Of a DNA stretch of 64,000 nucleotides, positions 11,483 to 24,200 are shown piece after piece. The number at the start of each line of letters is the position of its first letter. Positions within the stretch are counted from its first letter, which is position 1. The translations under genes and the position numbers were made by a program. Source of the stretch: Botryllus schlosseri (taxonomy: Eukaryota); the NCBI GenBank assembly GCA_051294905.1, contig CM119376.1:24118001-24182000 (forward strand), read 5' to 3'. A model generated the notes under the pieces. That model was not told where the DNA came from. It ran no database searches and was given only the letters and a program-made list of their open reading frames with translations.

Positions 11483-13371
11483 CAGGGCCGTAACAGCACT
11501 TCGCCAGCCCCCCCAAAAAACTTAATTCGTGGGCCCCCCATAGGGTTATAGACCGAACTTCTGGGGGGCGAAACTCCCCAGACCCCCCTCCGGCGATACC
11601 CTGTTTACCGCTATTTATGATATGCGTTGGGAGTTTGTTGGGTGGATCAGCTTTTGTCGCCTAAACGCGCGAAGCGCGGGAAATTTCTAGAATTCATGAC
11701 TGAATCGGTTAGTATGATCGGGAATTGCATATATATTGTTATCAATTTTTATCTTCTCTCTGCTCACGTAATCAGATTTGCTGGTAGAGCTGAGTGAGGT
11801 GTGTTTGAAAAGGTAGGACCACTCAACAATAATTAAACATCTTCGGGCGTATACCCGTTGGTAGGGACGAAACAGCACCTCGTCAGGCCGCCAAAAACGT
11901 GGGTCTTGGGCTCCCATAGGGTGATGAAACGATCCCTCCATCACGTTGTTCGCGTTTGTCACGAAATCATCTGTACTGTATTGTGAGCCAGCGCGAAAAT
12001 TTTCGATAATTTATGATAAAATCGGTCAATTAGATCGGCGATTGCATATATATTATGCTATCAATTTATTGCCCTCTCTACTCACGTAATTAGATTTACC
12101 GGTAGAGCTGAGGGAAGTGTCTTGAAAACGGGAGGGCCCGTAAATAATAATTAAACATCTTCGGGCGGGCGGACCCGTTGATATGACTTCTTTACATGAT
12201 GTTATTTCGTGACTTCCAGTCTGCTATATCAAAAAATATAGAATCGCCCGAACGTAGGCTTCTAAACTAAGAGACGCACACGATTTCAAATTAGTATTTC
12301 TTCACTGGCATAAAATTTTTCCCAGCGGGATGGTATTTGTCTTGTGAGGTTCAGATTGCAAAGACAGGAACATTCGGCGCCAGTCATTTAGGCGCCTATG
12401 GACAATTAAACCTATATAAGTTTTGTATATATAACCATAGTGTCCTATATGGTGTCGACACAAGCAAATCGCACGGTCCAATGAAATTGTATCACGTCAC
12501 AGTTTCCATTTGGCTACAGGCAATTTGACGGTGATTTTTGACCGATTTGCCGAGCATCAAATTTGATAAAACGGGTATCAATCGAAAGCTGCCGCCGTAC
12601 TGATTACGAAAATATAAATTTTATTCCGCTCGCGGCCCTGGAACCCCCACAATCAGCCTCTAATTTTTCATTGTTATGGAGATTGGCATTGAGACGCAAC
12701 AATGCTGTCTGGCGAAACGACAGACAACAACAATACTGTCTGGCTCCCTTCTTCTCGAGCACCTGTCTCGTTTCGCTAGACAGCATTGTTGCGTCCCAAT
12801 GCCAATCTCCATAACAATGAAAAATTAGAGGCTGATTGTGGGGGTTCCAGGGCCGCGAGCGGAATAAAATTTATATTTTCGTAATCAGTACGGCGGCAGC
12901 TTTCGATTGATACCCGTTTTATCAAATTTGATGCTCGGCAAGTCGGTCAAAAATCACCGTCAAATTGCCTGTAGCCAAATGGAAACTGTGACGTGATACA
13001 ATTTCATTGAACCGTGCGATTTGCTTGTGTCGACACCATATAGGACACTATGATATAACGAAGTCTTTGGTCAGCATAAGGGCATAGACCCTTTCGGCCA
13101 AGGTTTTCTCGCTGCCGATCGTTCTTGGCACACTTCTTAGAGTCGCATGTTATATGGCCTAAAACTTGATTGTATGTCTTGGTGGGTCGTGGCGCGGTAA
13201 TGGCCCAATACCCAATAATAAAGATACATGGCTACTTGAATTCGCATAAAATTGCATAAATTTTCAAAAAATACTCTATGATTTATGCTAATTCACGAAA
13301 CAATTTTGGGCCCCCTTCGAGCTCGCCCCCCCCCTAATTGGGGGGTTTGGGGTGCGGCAGTTACGGTACTG
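11483..13371. mobile_element. Non-autonomous hAT-type element (~1.9 kb including a nested foldback)
   Basis: Termini CAGGGCCGTAAC...GTTACGGTACTG; perfect 8-bp TSD AGCAGAGG (11475-11482 / 13372-13379); internal ~320-bp tandem subrepeats; no transposase ORF. Confidence 0.9.
12436..13052. mobile_element. 617-bp foldback (palindromic) element with 7-bp TSD, P/Galileo-like
   Basis: CATAGTGTCCTATATGG...CCATATAGGACACTATG; arms of ~285 bp with about 4 mismatches; ATATAAC on both sides. The related copy has no such insert between its matching flanks (~1430-1450). Confidence 0.88.
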
Positions 13372-13905
13372 AGCAGAGGTGATATATATATACTCGTCAG
13401 TTCGAATATTTTCCATGGTGAGCAATGATATATATACATATATATCATTGATGGTGAGGGATACTCCGAAGTCCAGCACTCCATGGAATATATGCATAAC
13501 GATCGCCCCAGATGTGTTAATCATCCGCTAATGGCAAGACCATCGGGTTTTTTACCTAATTTTTCCTTATCTTTAAGGGGGATTTCATTTATGTAGTAAC
13601 GTGACTGACGTCATCGAATTTTTCACACCCTCCGCCCAAATATTTTTTTCTGGCTGCGCCCTCGTAGGAACACTTAATTCTGTTGCGATAGGAGACGGTA
13701 TCCGGTCCGCAATCTGAAAATGGTGGTTTCCGCCGGACGCTATCTCGTCGCCTAATCTGCATTTTATGCGTGATCATTTGATCGATAATAACCCCGTTTT
13801 AACGATGGTACACAATACACTTGTACAATGTACGTCTATGATAAACATATAATTGGCGTTATTTTCATTTGCCATTCACTGATTTATACACTGACGCGAA
13901 CTCAC

Positions 13906-14315
13906 TGCAAGAAAGCCAAATGTGTTTACATCAATGATTCCTTGTCGATTCGCTTGAGTACACTCAGCCCAAATGTTTACTACAGCAAAGCGCGAAGCTT
14001 CAGTGCCACTTATCCTGCTGTTTTCATCTTTGATGTTTTGTTTACATCTGCGAAGATCGGACTTCATCAAGGTAGGAGACTCGTCCACTGTTTTTCATGA
14101 TTTGCTCCGTTAGTATGTGCTGTGAAACGAATCAGTGTCTCGTACTTTCACTTCGGACACAGTTGTTATCATAGCACTTTTTTTGGATACTGTCTTGGGC
14201 AAAATATTTCACGTAGTCATAAGTGTAAGTCATCAATTTCACATTACCTGCGGTATTAGTGTTTACTGCAGTTGTTCGTGGTTGTATTTTGAAATTATAA
14301 GATGAACACTTCGGG
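13906..14315 (-). CDS. Candidate internal exons of an unidentified gene (14315-14248 and 14087-13906)
   Basis: AG acceptors, strong donors (CAG|GTAATG, GCA|GTGAGT) and compatible phases give a stop-free peptide PKCSSYNFKIQPRTTAVNTNTAVDESPTLMKSDLRRCKQNIKDENSRISGTEASRFAVVNIWAECTQANRQGIIDVNTFGFLA. I recognise no homology. Confidence 0.3.
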
Positions 14316-14419
14316 CTGAATAAGATGGAAGGAAAATGGTAATCTTAGTACCCTGGTATAAGGTCTTAATTCCATCCGTAATTGTATCAGTTAATTTGAT
14401 AATTTTATCATTTCAAAAC

Positions 14420-14640
14420 AGCGATACAATGAAAAGATTGGGGTGTCGAAACGACTTGAAGTAGTCTATTAAATCAAGCAATCACCTGGGCTTAGGCGAT
14501 GTAAACTGGAGGCATGCACACTGAATGAAAAGTAAAAGAACAAGCGATAAAATGAGCTTGCGTGTTACAGAAGGCGAGATCGATATGTGTCAGATCGTGG
14601 TCCGGTAAATTGAGGACTGAATGATTTTCATAATACTTGT
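14420..14640. repeat. Dispersed repeat family (GGCGATGTAAA...ACTGAATGAAAAGTAA...ATCGTGGTCC), possibly SINE- or MITE-like
   Basis: Direct copy at 33380-33545; reverse-complement copies at 46800-46950 and 59060-59200. Confidence 0.6.
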
Positions 14641-17600
14641 TCCCGATGAGTGACGATATAGCAGCTTCTATATAGTGTCTTATTTGCATACGATTTCAAA
14701 TTGGTCTTTGTAATTATTTGTTCATATGTACCAGGCTTGTAATGACTCAATTCATGTCCGACTTGAGTCGAAGTATTTTGTGGACTCGAGACATTTTCTT
14801 GAACATGAAAAATGACTCAACTCGGCCTGAGTCTCTCTGTGTATTGACTCGACACGACCAAGTCATATGACTCGAGACATACTATAGGACTTGATTCTAA
14901 TCTCGTCTATCAGTAACCGATACTTGAAAAATTGGCCTAGAAACTGTCTTTTATCTGTCTCCATAAACATGATAGGAGTGAAAGAATGAGTATATTATGA
15001 ATGTGCGGCATTCGATATCATCTTGAAAATGGTGAGTTGGACCTGACTTGAACTCATTTATTACTCTATAATTGGAACGATCTAAGTCAATAATTCATAC
15101 TAGTCCTCAATGTACATTGTACATAAAATATTTTCGTAACCAAATCAACTTGGATCTATGTCACAAAAATCGGTGTGGGCCACTTCCTCCCTGACTACTT
15201 GAGTGTTTTTTGACATTCAATTTGTCCATGCGCAGTTTACACTTTAAATACTTCAATAGTGGGGAAGTTGAGACTAGCTCTCTCCATTGCTTTTTTCTTA
15301 ATAAACGGAATTTCCAATTATCGATTTGATTAGCTCTGAATATTGAGACCGTTTTCCAATCGTTTATTCTGCTTGCACTGAAACGGTTTTACACCATTCT
15401 AGCCATGGTGATGCATCTGCCTTTTCGTCAGTTGTCAGGCCTTTTCTGCATGCAGTTAATAAATTTTAAACCCATGGTTACGGTATACTTCTGAAGTCAC
15501 GTAATTGCTTATATTTTGTATGTTTTATGTGTGTATGTATGTGTGCTTGTGTATATCCCTGATTTCCTCTGTATTTGCAGAGGTGGTCAGCAACGAAGTA
15601 CTTCTAATTTTTGAACTACTCCAAGTAGGTTATCCACACTACCACAAGTGGTTGTTTTGGACTAATTCTACTTCATAGTTTTCAGTTTGTTAGGTGAAGC
15701 TAGGCCTAGAATACTTACTTTTGTAATTGGAAATTGCTGAGAAGCACTTCCACTTTTACATGATTAGAAATTTGTGTTTCTACTTCTACTTTAAGAATCA
15801 ACGGTCACTACTTTGGCCACTTCTGTATGTTTGTGATTGTCACTGCGGATCTGCTTGTTACAATTATCATAATATATTGAGTTGGATACAACAGGGACCT
15901 CGGGGTGGGCCATTCAACCCAAATTAGTTAGCATGGCTTGCAACACGTAACTGGAAATATGAGTGTATCTTTAAGCTTTTGCCTACCATCAACGACGCTT
16001 GTATTGGCGGTTCTCATTGTCTTCTGCTAAATAGCGTCCAAGCATACACTACATTTGTTGATTGCTAGTTGATGTGTTTAACGTATTCTAGTTGATAATG
16101 TGATGATCGTGTTCTCGCACATATAACATCTCGATTATGCCTAGCTCCAGTATCTCCCTATATATAAATGGTAGAATGCATATGACTAGATTAAATTTGT
16201 AGTACCGATATTCTAATCAATGAAATGAAGTGCTGGATTAATCATATCGTCCTTTTTTATCATCGAATTCGGAACCACAGAGAGCTGGCACTGCCTTTTT
16301 CACACCAATGTTCAAGTCGCGATCGTGGCGAATAGCGTAATTAAAATTTCTAGCTTTACAACTTATCTCGACATGAAAACGTCACAATGAAGCGCGTAAT
16401 ACATTACTTGATCTTTTGGTTAAGCATTTACATTCGTGGCGGTAGAATTGTTAGCTTACCCTCGTCCATATCGGTAAATGTGGATTGCGTCATGTGAATG
16501 TAAGGAGAATGACCCTAGTCTCGGTCGGTGTACCGTGTACTGTATATTGTACAATGTACTGTACAAGTACAAGCATTGTTCTACTTCTACATGTGCAAGA
16601 ATCATTAAAAACACAGATTTTTGTTAAGCAATATTTTGCAAATGATGATCAATCATATAGGTAAAATTGTTTTCGCTACAGTCTCTATTTAAAGGGAACT
16701 TTCTGTACGTGAATAAAACTTAGCATAGTCGCCGTTGGGGTACCTCGCACGTGCGCGAATTCTATCCCAATTTTTCGAAGCGACAGTGTGGCAAACGGAA
16801 GTTAATATAGATTTTCAAGGTATTGCGTCAAGAAAATGCAGCATTGTATCGAACTTGTTTTATTAAAATTAACAAATCGCGATCCGAATCGCACCCGTGG
16901 GAGCCGCCGCGCCTATCAGTTCGAAAGTATATCGCCTCTATTTAGCGAAAAGACATAACTCTCGCTGCCATGTGTCATATGAAGAAAACATAATAACTTT
17001 AATTCGCTGAATCACGCCGCGAGGACGGCCTATTCCCATGTTCGGCGTGCTCCAGAAAAACACCATCAATCAATTTCTCGTCGGCAGAAACATCTATCGG
17101 TTTGAATAAATATTCGAATACATCTCGCCCTCTCTCGTATAAAACAAACGTCGCTTTTCGGTTGCTTGTATTTTGGTGCCGGAGCTCTTTGCAGTCGGAC
17201 GACACGGATTATTCGGCAAATAACGAAATATTTATAGGAATAAGTAGACATCATGGCAGCCGGTAAGAATCGGATTGTGGATCTCCATACTATTATCAGT
17301 TTCAAGGTCGTGTTCCGGATAGGGTATTCGTCGGGCTACCGAATTACTCCACAGTCATGTTTATAAATGTAAACGGAGTTTGTACATAAAATAGCACGAT
17401 TTAATGTGGAATTTTTTAATTATTTTTAGATTTTTAATTGTTTAATATTTTGTTCAGAATTGAAAATATTTTTGTTCTCTGGAAATGGAACCTTTTAATA
17501 GTGCAAAATATTTGCCTTGAACCGCCCGCCTTGCTTCCGACGGACAGCACTCTATGTAGGCTACCGGCTATCAAAACGCTATTTTCTAGTGGTTTATGCA

Positions 17601-17913
17601 AGCAACTATAGCATTGTCAGTCTGGTGCATATGTTTGGTACATTTTATGTTACGGGAAGGCGTCTAAGAGTATTAGGTTACCCGAATGGTGGTTATATTT
17701 TGTTAAAGATCCTAAATATGGGATTGGAAACTTCAAGGCGAATAGATTTGACCGCCTGGTGTACGTTCACGCGGCGAGTCGATTGATTTGCGCCTCGTTT
17801 TTTAGATCAAAGTGGTTTGCCGCCATTTTTTGGATCGGAAGATTGGAGGTAACTATGGTCAGGGTGGCTAACGCTCTCACCGGCGTTTAAATATTCCGAC
17901 GCTATTTTCGCAG

Positions 17914-20304
17914 TAAGAATTTGGGGATAAGCTCGCGGAATCCGTTCAACCTGCCGCAGCACCCCTCGCCCTTTGTCGCGCACTTTTACCCCCTCGTTAA
18001 CCCGCACCGCGGACCCCAGACTCCCGGTCAACCAGGCAGCGCGTTCGCCCCCCCATCCGAGTCCATCCTCAGCTCGATTGCCACCGGAAGAGCCGACTTT
18101 TTATGTAATGGTGAGTGATGTCGATGTTGCCACTTGTCGCGCTGGTCTCTTATCATTAACGGCTTTCGTCGGGTTTTTAGAATTGTACAAAAACCTTCTG
18201 AACTCCGCGGCCAGGTTTGATCCGAAACTGCAGATCAAAGGAGACCACTTTCCCGTGCCGGCGCCGCTTGAGGTTCGAAGTAACCTGTATTTTTTTCTGA
18301 CGGCGTTACAACGCTGCAGTTGCACTCGGGTTTCGACTTAGATTACGTATTCGATGCGCGATGTATTTCAATTTGCAATTTTGCCCCGCGCAGGAATATG
18401 TTATCGCATTGTGATGTGCTGGTCGGTACTTGTACTTTTTCGGAATACTCAAGTTGGTTTGGTCGCCTACTTTTGCGGACAACTCGCTCCAATGATCATG
18501 ATTTTAATCGATTTCCGCTTCTGCCTGAGAGTTTTCAGTTCTTTTTGGCAAAATTAGGCCTAAAATACTAATCTTTAATTACTTAGAAACCGCTGCTTAT
18601 ACTTGATTATAAATCTACATCTACTCCATACTTCAGCGTCAACGATCACCGCTGCACGTATTTGAGCTGGCCAGAAACGCTGAAATTTCCGATGTCACCC
18701 CGAGTCTAATAATCCAGTGTTACCGCGAATACGGTTGAACTACTTTACCGCCAGCGTGGGCCGAGCTATAAGTCCCGAGTCACTCTGTCACTGAAGTCCA
18801 AATAAGCAATATTGGCCTTGTTTAACATGACCAATTACACATACATGTCGAAGTACCATTAATACTAAAACAACAACCACCACCATTTCGACGCGGCGAG
18901 ATAGCGTATAGTGGTATAATCAACAGCTGCAACACCTATGGGTTGTGGTTGCGTGAACGCTGTTTTAAAAAAGCCTAGATGTGAGCCGCGCTACATGTCG
19001 GCAGCTTCGGAGTAAAAAATAAGGAATATCGGCCTGGTGTAAATGAACCATTGTAGTCGACAGACACCACGAACACCACAAACAACTGCAACAACCATTT
19101 CGCGATCAACAGATTTCCGTACACTTCATTTCAGAGCTTGCGATCTTTAAACGGGAAATTCGATGCGCACCCCGGTCAACTGATTCAAAGAAACCAAATA
19201 CGAAACTTCTACGGTACGTGATACCTGCACCGTGCACAATGCACAATTGCACATTAGGGCTGTTCAAAAATAACTTTTTTTCCCGGATTCCAGCCATTCA
19301 CTGATTAAATTGTCAGGTTACCCTAAAACACGCTGCACACCAAATTTGGTTCAATTCTAACAAGTATAGGACTCCGCAGATCCAATTAAAATTTTTAGTT
19401 TATTATGGAAAATTAAAAATAAAAATTTTTCAAATTTTTTTGCCAACCCCATGAAATTGTTGAGCTGTCTTCAAAGACGTTGCAAAACAAATTTGAGTCA
19501 ATTCCGACCAGTAGAAGCGGAGTTATGTGAGCTTTTCGATGATAATTCTCGGATTATCCCTGATTGGTGGATAATCCGCGAGTTTTCAACGAAAAACTCG
19601 CATAACACCGCTTCTACTGGTCGGAATTGACTCAAATTTGTTTTGCAACGTCTTTGAAGACAGCTCAACAATTTCATGGGGTTGGCAAAAAAATTTGAAA
19701 AATTTTTATTTTTAATTTTCCATAATAAACTAAAAATTTTAATTGGATCTGCGGAGTCCTATACTTGTTAGAATTGAACCAAATTTGGTGTGCAGCGTGT
19801 TTTAGGGTAACCTGACAATTTAATCAGTGAATGGCTGGAATGCGGGAAAAAAAGTTATTTTTGAACAGCCCTAATGCACATACTTGTCCGGGAAATTTCT
19901 CATAAGCGTCGCGTATATTTTCGCAGAGAGCTTACGACAAAAACTGACTCCCAGAAATCACCTGTTACCTACGGGCGAGAAAATCAATCGAAGCGCCGAC
20001 TCGCGCGCGGAAAATTTCAGCTGGTGCTCCCCGGGGGCTTCTCACCCCGTATCGCGGCACCCGCCTTTTCCATTTGGACCCGCGACCGACAGGGACCGCT
20101 GGTCCGCGAATTCGTCCAAGTCAGACTCGCGCTTCTGTTACCCGCAGCCAAACAGGCGCTCCGCCCCCGACCCGCCCGTCAGCCCGGCGATTTCGGAAAA
20201 CCCGTTTCGCGCGCCGGACATGAAAGACTCGGAACCGGAAGAAAACCGGCCGGCCTCGCTGGGTCCGGGTGATTCGCTGCGGGGATCTGTGGATCGCTTC
20301 AAAA
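17914..20304 (+). CDS. RNF220: Tentative 5' exons of RNF220 (~17914-18110 and an exon ending at 20304; possible start micro-exon ATGGCAGCCG at 17253-17262)
   Basis: GC-rich, Pro/Ser-rich open frames with a SAFAP motif (human SAFTP) and strong donors (ATG|GTGAGT, AAAA|GTTAGT). The 20304 donor is in phase with the 21203 exon. I could not resolve acceptors and phases between these exons. Confidence 0.45.
19257..19871. mobile_element. 615-bp foldback MITE with TA target duplication (Tc1/mariner-like)
   Basis: TA|GGGCTGTTCAAAAATAAC...GTTATTTTTGAACAGCCC|TA; arms ~290 bp and nearly perfect. A diverged half copy lies at 49169-49493. Confidence 0.88.
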
Positions 20305-21202
20305 GTTAGTTGCTTTGACCAGTTGCGTGGAGTTTATTATTAGAGAGGCAGATTCCCTATTAGAATCAATTTCGCAGACGCGATTGTCGTATTGTTAGGC
20401 CAATAATCGATGCGGCAGATTACTCCGTTTCTCACATTCTGTTCGTTCACTACTAAACAGCTATAGAATTTCCAGCTTTTTGAGATTAGATTAAAATTAC
20501 AATTATAGCTACACTTTTTTCGAATTAGATTGGAATTAGAATTACCGAATCTTTAAAAACCTGGGAAATGAATTTAAATCCAGAATAGAACGACATGCAT
20601 AAAAATCAAGTTCGGTACATATCCAATCAGATTTCATCTCCATACGCCCGGCAATGGTGAGTGTCTGTGCAAGCTTGAATCGCTTCGCACTATCCAATTC
20701 TGTAGCAAGAAAACCAGAAATTGCGTTCGAATTATCTCGTCGTCCAAGTCTGGTTTCACTACGCTCTCTTTGTGCGTGACAAAGTCAATTTTCACCATCA
20801 TCCAGTGCACTTACATTGTTAACAATTTTAATTTCAAAATCTGTGCGACAATGGCGTTTGATTGATATCAGTTGCTTATATTCCGAGCTCGTGTCGCTAT
20901 CGCAGGCGCGAGGCTTGGCTCGCGTCTGTCTAACCTCCCCTTTATCCCTATTTGCGAACAATATATATCCAATGTTTCGTGATCGTGAGTGTGAAATGTT
21001 TAAAATTACTTATTCATCAACGTAGGTAGACGAATTTGTCAATAATCATCGACTTTTTCGTTATTTTCTGTATTTTCTATTACTTATCCCCGCGACAGGT
21101 GAGGCTGAGCCTCACTTGCCTCACTTGCCTCCCCTGGCCACACGTACCTGGCGTCACCGTATCTGACCCGTCGTGTTTCGCTCACCGATTGTTTATTATC
21201 AG

Positions 21203-24200
21203 GAAAAAGAAAGCACCCGTTTAGTGCGGATACGTGTCCGGTGTGTGGAATCACTGTCAGGGCCTCGGAGCTCAAACAGCATTTCGTGCAGGAGATGTCA
21301 AAATTGGAGAAGATCCCATTGTAAGCAAACACTGGCCTGCGGCGCGAGGGTATTCTCAAGAGCCGCCGCCAGATTTGTCGCCATATGCGTGTTATTTGCA
21401 TGTCGTACCCGTGCCGTATTGACTCCGAAATCGCGAGTTAAGTGGCGTATTATCGATTGCGTGGGGGCGCCCTGTGCAAATACGGAGATTTAATTCTCGT
21501 GTCGTAATTAGAGCTGGACGCAATGATGCGCCACTTGCCATAGTAAGACTTATGTTATCATAGTTTCTTGTCGCCGTGGCAGCCTTTAAGTCGGCTGTAT
21601 CCCATCAATCAGTCATTTATTGATGTTTTTATCAATTAAATAACACCGCAAAATTGCGACATGATCAAGATACAAGCGCGTGTCCAAATGACTTCGAGTC
21701 GTCTTTTAATCAAAAAAAGCATATAGCGAAAAGAAACTCACGCTAGCCGACGCGACATTTTGTGCGAAGTTGTGACCGATCGCAACGTTCTCACGAAGCG
21801 CAACAAACGCGGTCGGAAAGTATCAAATTATTTTTAATGTGGTGTGTATCTGGGATTATTTTCTTTGCGTTCGCTGAAAAGTACATATTTGAACATTTCA
21901 AATCGTACGTGCTGTTATGATGCGATCTGAGCGATGTGGGAACATCCTTGAAACCTTGAAGAATTTATTCACCTTGAAATAAACCTAAATATGTGTGATT
22001 AGGGCGATTTTTTTGACCTAAAAATGGAAGATTTTGACTTACAAAATCAAAATTTTGACATTTGAATGTTTATGATTCACAATGAGCCGTCTACAACGGT
22101 AGGCCTGTAAAGTAGGCTACAAGCTGTAAAATGTCAAATGATAAGTTCACCGACAGTGCGTAATCTAAGATACAAACGAAATGCTGGTTGCAAAAAAATT
22201 TGACTTTGTGAACAATTTCGACATTTTTTTACCTAACGCTACAATTTTTACGTAAGTTCAACTCTTTTTGACACGTCAAAAAATCGCCCTAGTGAATATA
22301 GTCAATGAATATTATTTCGATTTGAATATGTTGCTCCATCTCCATATACAATGTAAAGTGAAGTTATGTGCGTCTGAGAGTCGCAAACCTATTGCTGGAA
22401 TTCGCGCAATTCTAGTCATTATGATTGGGTGACTATATACTGACTGATTTTGTTTTTTGTTGTTCGTAACCAGGGAAGTTTACCGGAAGCAATACGCGCA
22501 CCGGAAATCTGGCGGGGCGACCCCGAAACCAGTAAGATCACCCGATTTTGGTAACACGAAAGGGTGTTGGAAAATTATCATTTTACAGACAGAACTGTTT
22601 GTCCAAGCTACCACAAGCAGCAGGAAGCACGGCGAGGTCGAAGACAAGTCACCCTCTCGTAAATTAAACCGACAAAAGGTGACCTGTCCGATTCTTATTG
22701 TTTGTCATTTCGCAGTTAATACCGCCCGCGGAAATACACAACCGCTCACTGATCTGATGGTGCCGACCGATAAAAACTGTGTGCCTTCACCCGTGATTAA
22801 TGTACTCGAGTTAGCCGTAGCAGTTTTATTTGAGGGCGTGGCGAAAGAGGCTATCGCGTTTGATTTACACCCTTTACTACCCCTTTATCTTTCTAGTTTG
22901 ATATGCTGCCGTGATTTACTCCGAGTATTACGCGCTGTCCAAATTATGCGGCGGGGTAAACGATTACAAATTGTCGCGTCACAAGCGCTGCTCGGTGATC
23001 TGTCGTCCGTAATCGGGCGCGGCTTCTGAGGCACTGTCTAGCGCGCGTGAATTATGGCCGTATTAATGCCGCGGGATCAATAGTCGATTAAGCGAGATGA
23101 TACACTGGATGCGAGCAAATATATCAGGTGGACGTTAGCTACTTCGCCATTATCATATATTAACGTGCGACGCGTCGTATATCAAATAACTGTATTCTCA
23201 ATCAATCACAGAGGAAGCCTTTAACGGTATTTTTCTGCGCTTTCTCGCCTTTACTTTCGGACTTATCTTAGCAACCCAATCGCGATTACACCATACTATA
23301 GTCTCGGTATTAAGTAACCGCGAATATTATTTGAATGGTATCGCCTTTACTCAAACACATTCCTTTGAGGACGGTCTCCAACGCCGATGTGTCCACCTGG
23401 TATGAAGCGCGCTGTTTATTGTGGCTCGTAATTATGTTTTGATTGTGCCAATAAGGAGTAGCTTGATAAGGATGCACCTGTTAACAGTCCTAATCCACCT
23501 CCGAAGGCGTACACGGCAAACATTGACCTTCTTGTGTTTCTGTGGGGGTGTACTTAGCGTGGTCGTATATCTTCCCGCTCATGCGTGAGATGCGGTAATA
23601 CATTTTTGATGGATTATCAAGTTTAGAAAACGGATGGTAAATCAATATCCTTGCCAACGGTTTACTGTCGTACCGATGAACCTTCCGATTGTGTGTACGG
23701 GAAAAATGGCGGCCGGCTTAGGTTTGCTAACTCGGTTGAAAATGGTGATTTATGCATAGGGCTGTAAACCCACGATTGGGAAGGTCGGTTCGCGTTGCAT
23801 TCGAGCTAATTGAATCGTACACTCGTTTATCAACCATGATTTGCGACGGATTTGGAGACACTCGCGCGCGCTAAAGTAATTAACGTGACAAGGGATGGGA
23901 ATCGGCGATGCGAATTGAATTAAAATTACGGGACCTTGTAGTTTTTTAAATGAGATGAATTGTCCCGAAGCGCTCACGCGCGTTTATGATGGGTCAACAT
24001 CGCGCGCTTTTCCTTTCTTTGACCTTTGTCCCCCCGGGATCCAATGCGGCTTGCTTGAATATTTAACTCTGGTTGATCGCGTAGCCTGTGTTATATATGC
24101 GGCAGGACTTTCTCGCCGATAACAAGCAAATGATGTCCACTCGTAATCGAATCTTTACTGGAATTAGTAGTAGTGGCTACCCGCTACATATTGATCGTCG

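Noticed and set aside
12563-12814. Mirror-image ORF pairs here and at 29416-29622 / 29711-29989
   Set aside because: They are a direct consequence of the palindromic DNA, not evidence of coding.
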